DNA of 20,000 bases from contig JADGIG010000006.1 in NCBI GenBank assembly GCA_018985235.1, positions 47,687 to 67,686 of the forward strand, in the 5' to 3' direction. Below the pieces are notes generated by a model. It was not told where the DNA came from. It did not search any database and saw nothing but the letters and a program-made list of their open reading frames with translations. Shown here piece by piece: positions 19,142 to 20,000 of the stretch; the stretch's first letter is position 1; each line of letters begins with the position of its first letter. The position numbers were made by a program, and so were the translations under genes. This DNA comes from Sanchytrium tribonematis. Its lineage: Eukaryota.

Positions 19142-20000
19142 TCAAATTAGTCCTTGAGTTTTTAGATCTTCATATGTTTTTTTGTCGTAAACATTACCAT
19201 CTTCGTCCTCAAACTCTTCTTGAAATTCATCAAACTTATCTTTCTCCAAATTCAATTTAATTTTCTCAAACAATGCCATAGCTTCCTCAATTTTAGTAAT
19301 ATTTTGAAAATGTTTTGTGTTGGGTATGCCTAAACTTCTCATTCCATAAGCGTGGCGACTTTCAGTAAAATGCCTGTCAAAATTACGCCTACCAAGATAT
19401 ATAAAATTACCACAAATTTCGCAGGGAAATTCTTTGTTGAGACCGTGTAATTTGTAAAGCCAAATAGGAATCGGCTTTCCGTCCCATCCTATCGGCAATT
19501 TCATTGGGTTGTCATTCATGTCCATCTCATCTTCGCTGGATTCGACCTGATATCTCAATTCATCATCCTCATTCATATGCGTTAATGTTTGTTTTCTGAA
19601 ATTATTCATCTTGGTTTCTTGGACCACCTCTACTAAATATTCTTTAACTAAATAGTGAATCAGGTATTGATGAACTGCAATATATTCTTGTGGTTCTAAG
19701 TGATTTGTGCTTTGAGTATGAATGACATTTTGTTTAACTTTATTCTTATGCTTTTTACCTTCTAAATGGCACCTGTACGTGTTCTCATTGGTAAAAGATT
19801 TGTTGCAATATTTACAAAATTGAGTTTCTTTCCCCAGTTCCACTAAAATGTGTTCATATTGTTTTAATTTACCTTCATAAAATAGCTTTTTAAATTCAGC
19901 CTTCTTGTCATGAATTTCAATTTGCCAGGGATGTAAAGGCCTTACTCGCGCCATAAAATCATAGAGGTATTCGAACAGGTTTAAAATGTAGCTCTTGTTT
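19142..20000 (-). CDS. PRP9: Splicing factor 3A subunit 3 (Prp9), 5'-partial
   Basis: NP.KLPIGWDGKPIPIWLYKLHGL..EFPCEICGN..Y.GR..F.RHF.E.RH..GMR.LGIPNT, EEFED.DGNV..KKTYEDLK.QGL; the frame stays open to the window edge. Confidence 0.97.
   Translation of the reverse strand, partial: NKSYILNLFEYLYDFMARVRPLHPWQIEIHDKKAEFKKLFYEGKLKQYEHILVELGKETQFCKYCNKSFTNENTYRCHLEGKKHKNKVKQNVIHTQSTNHLEPQEYIAVHQYLIHYLVKEYLVEVVQETKMNNFRKQTLTHMNEDDELRYQVESSEDEMDMNDNPMKLPIGWDGKPIPIWLYKLHGLNKEFPCEICGNFIYLGRRNFDRHFTESRHAYGMRSLGIPNTKHFQNITKIEEAMALFEKIKLNLEKDKFDEFQEEFEDEDGNVYDKKTYEDLKTQGLI

Overview
Gene-dense, AT-rich eukaryotic nuclear DNA using the standard genetic code, with about 19 protein-coding genes and spacers often only 3-70 bp. 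Recognisable genes: an FCP1/SCP-type HAD phosphatase with an apparent signal peptide, GAR1, RPS19, ferritin, a UBC4/UBE2D E2, RPS12, RhoGDI, an SH3-PX-PB1 scaffold, a glyoxalase II-like metallo-beta-lactamase, a kinesin-2 motor, a CAP/PR-1 protein, a family I CoA-transferase and partial PRP9/SF3A3. Gene content suggests an early-branching flagellated fungus or related opisthokont (inference). The main discovery is that all six introns I can reconstruct are exactly 19 nt, GT-AG, with consensus GTA-N8-T-N-A-T-K-TAG and an invariant A at position -6 (putative branch point). This points to a fixed-length micro-intron splicing system. Secondary signals: AATAAA fused to stop codons, a shared E-box motif upstream of three ribosome-related genes, very short signal peptides, an orphan with apparent dsRBD and HMG-box domains, and a weak U4 snRNA-like candidate.
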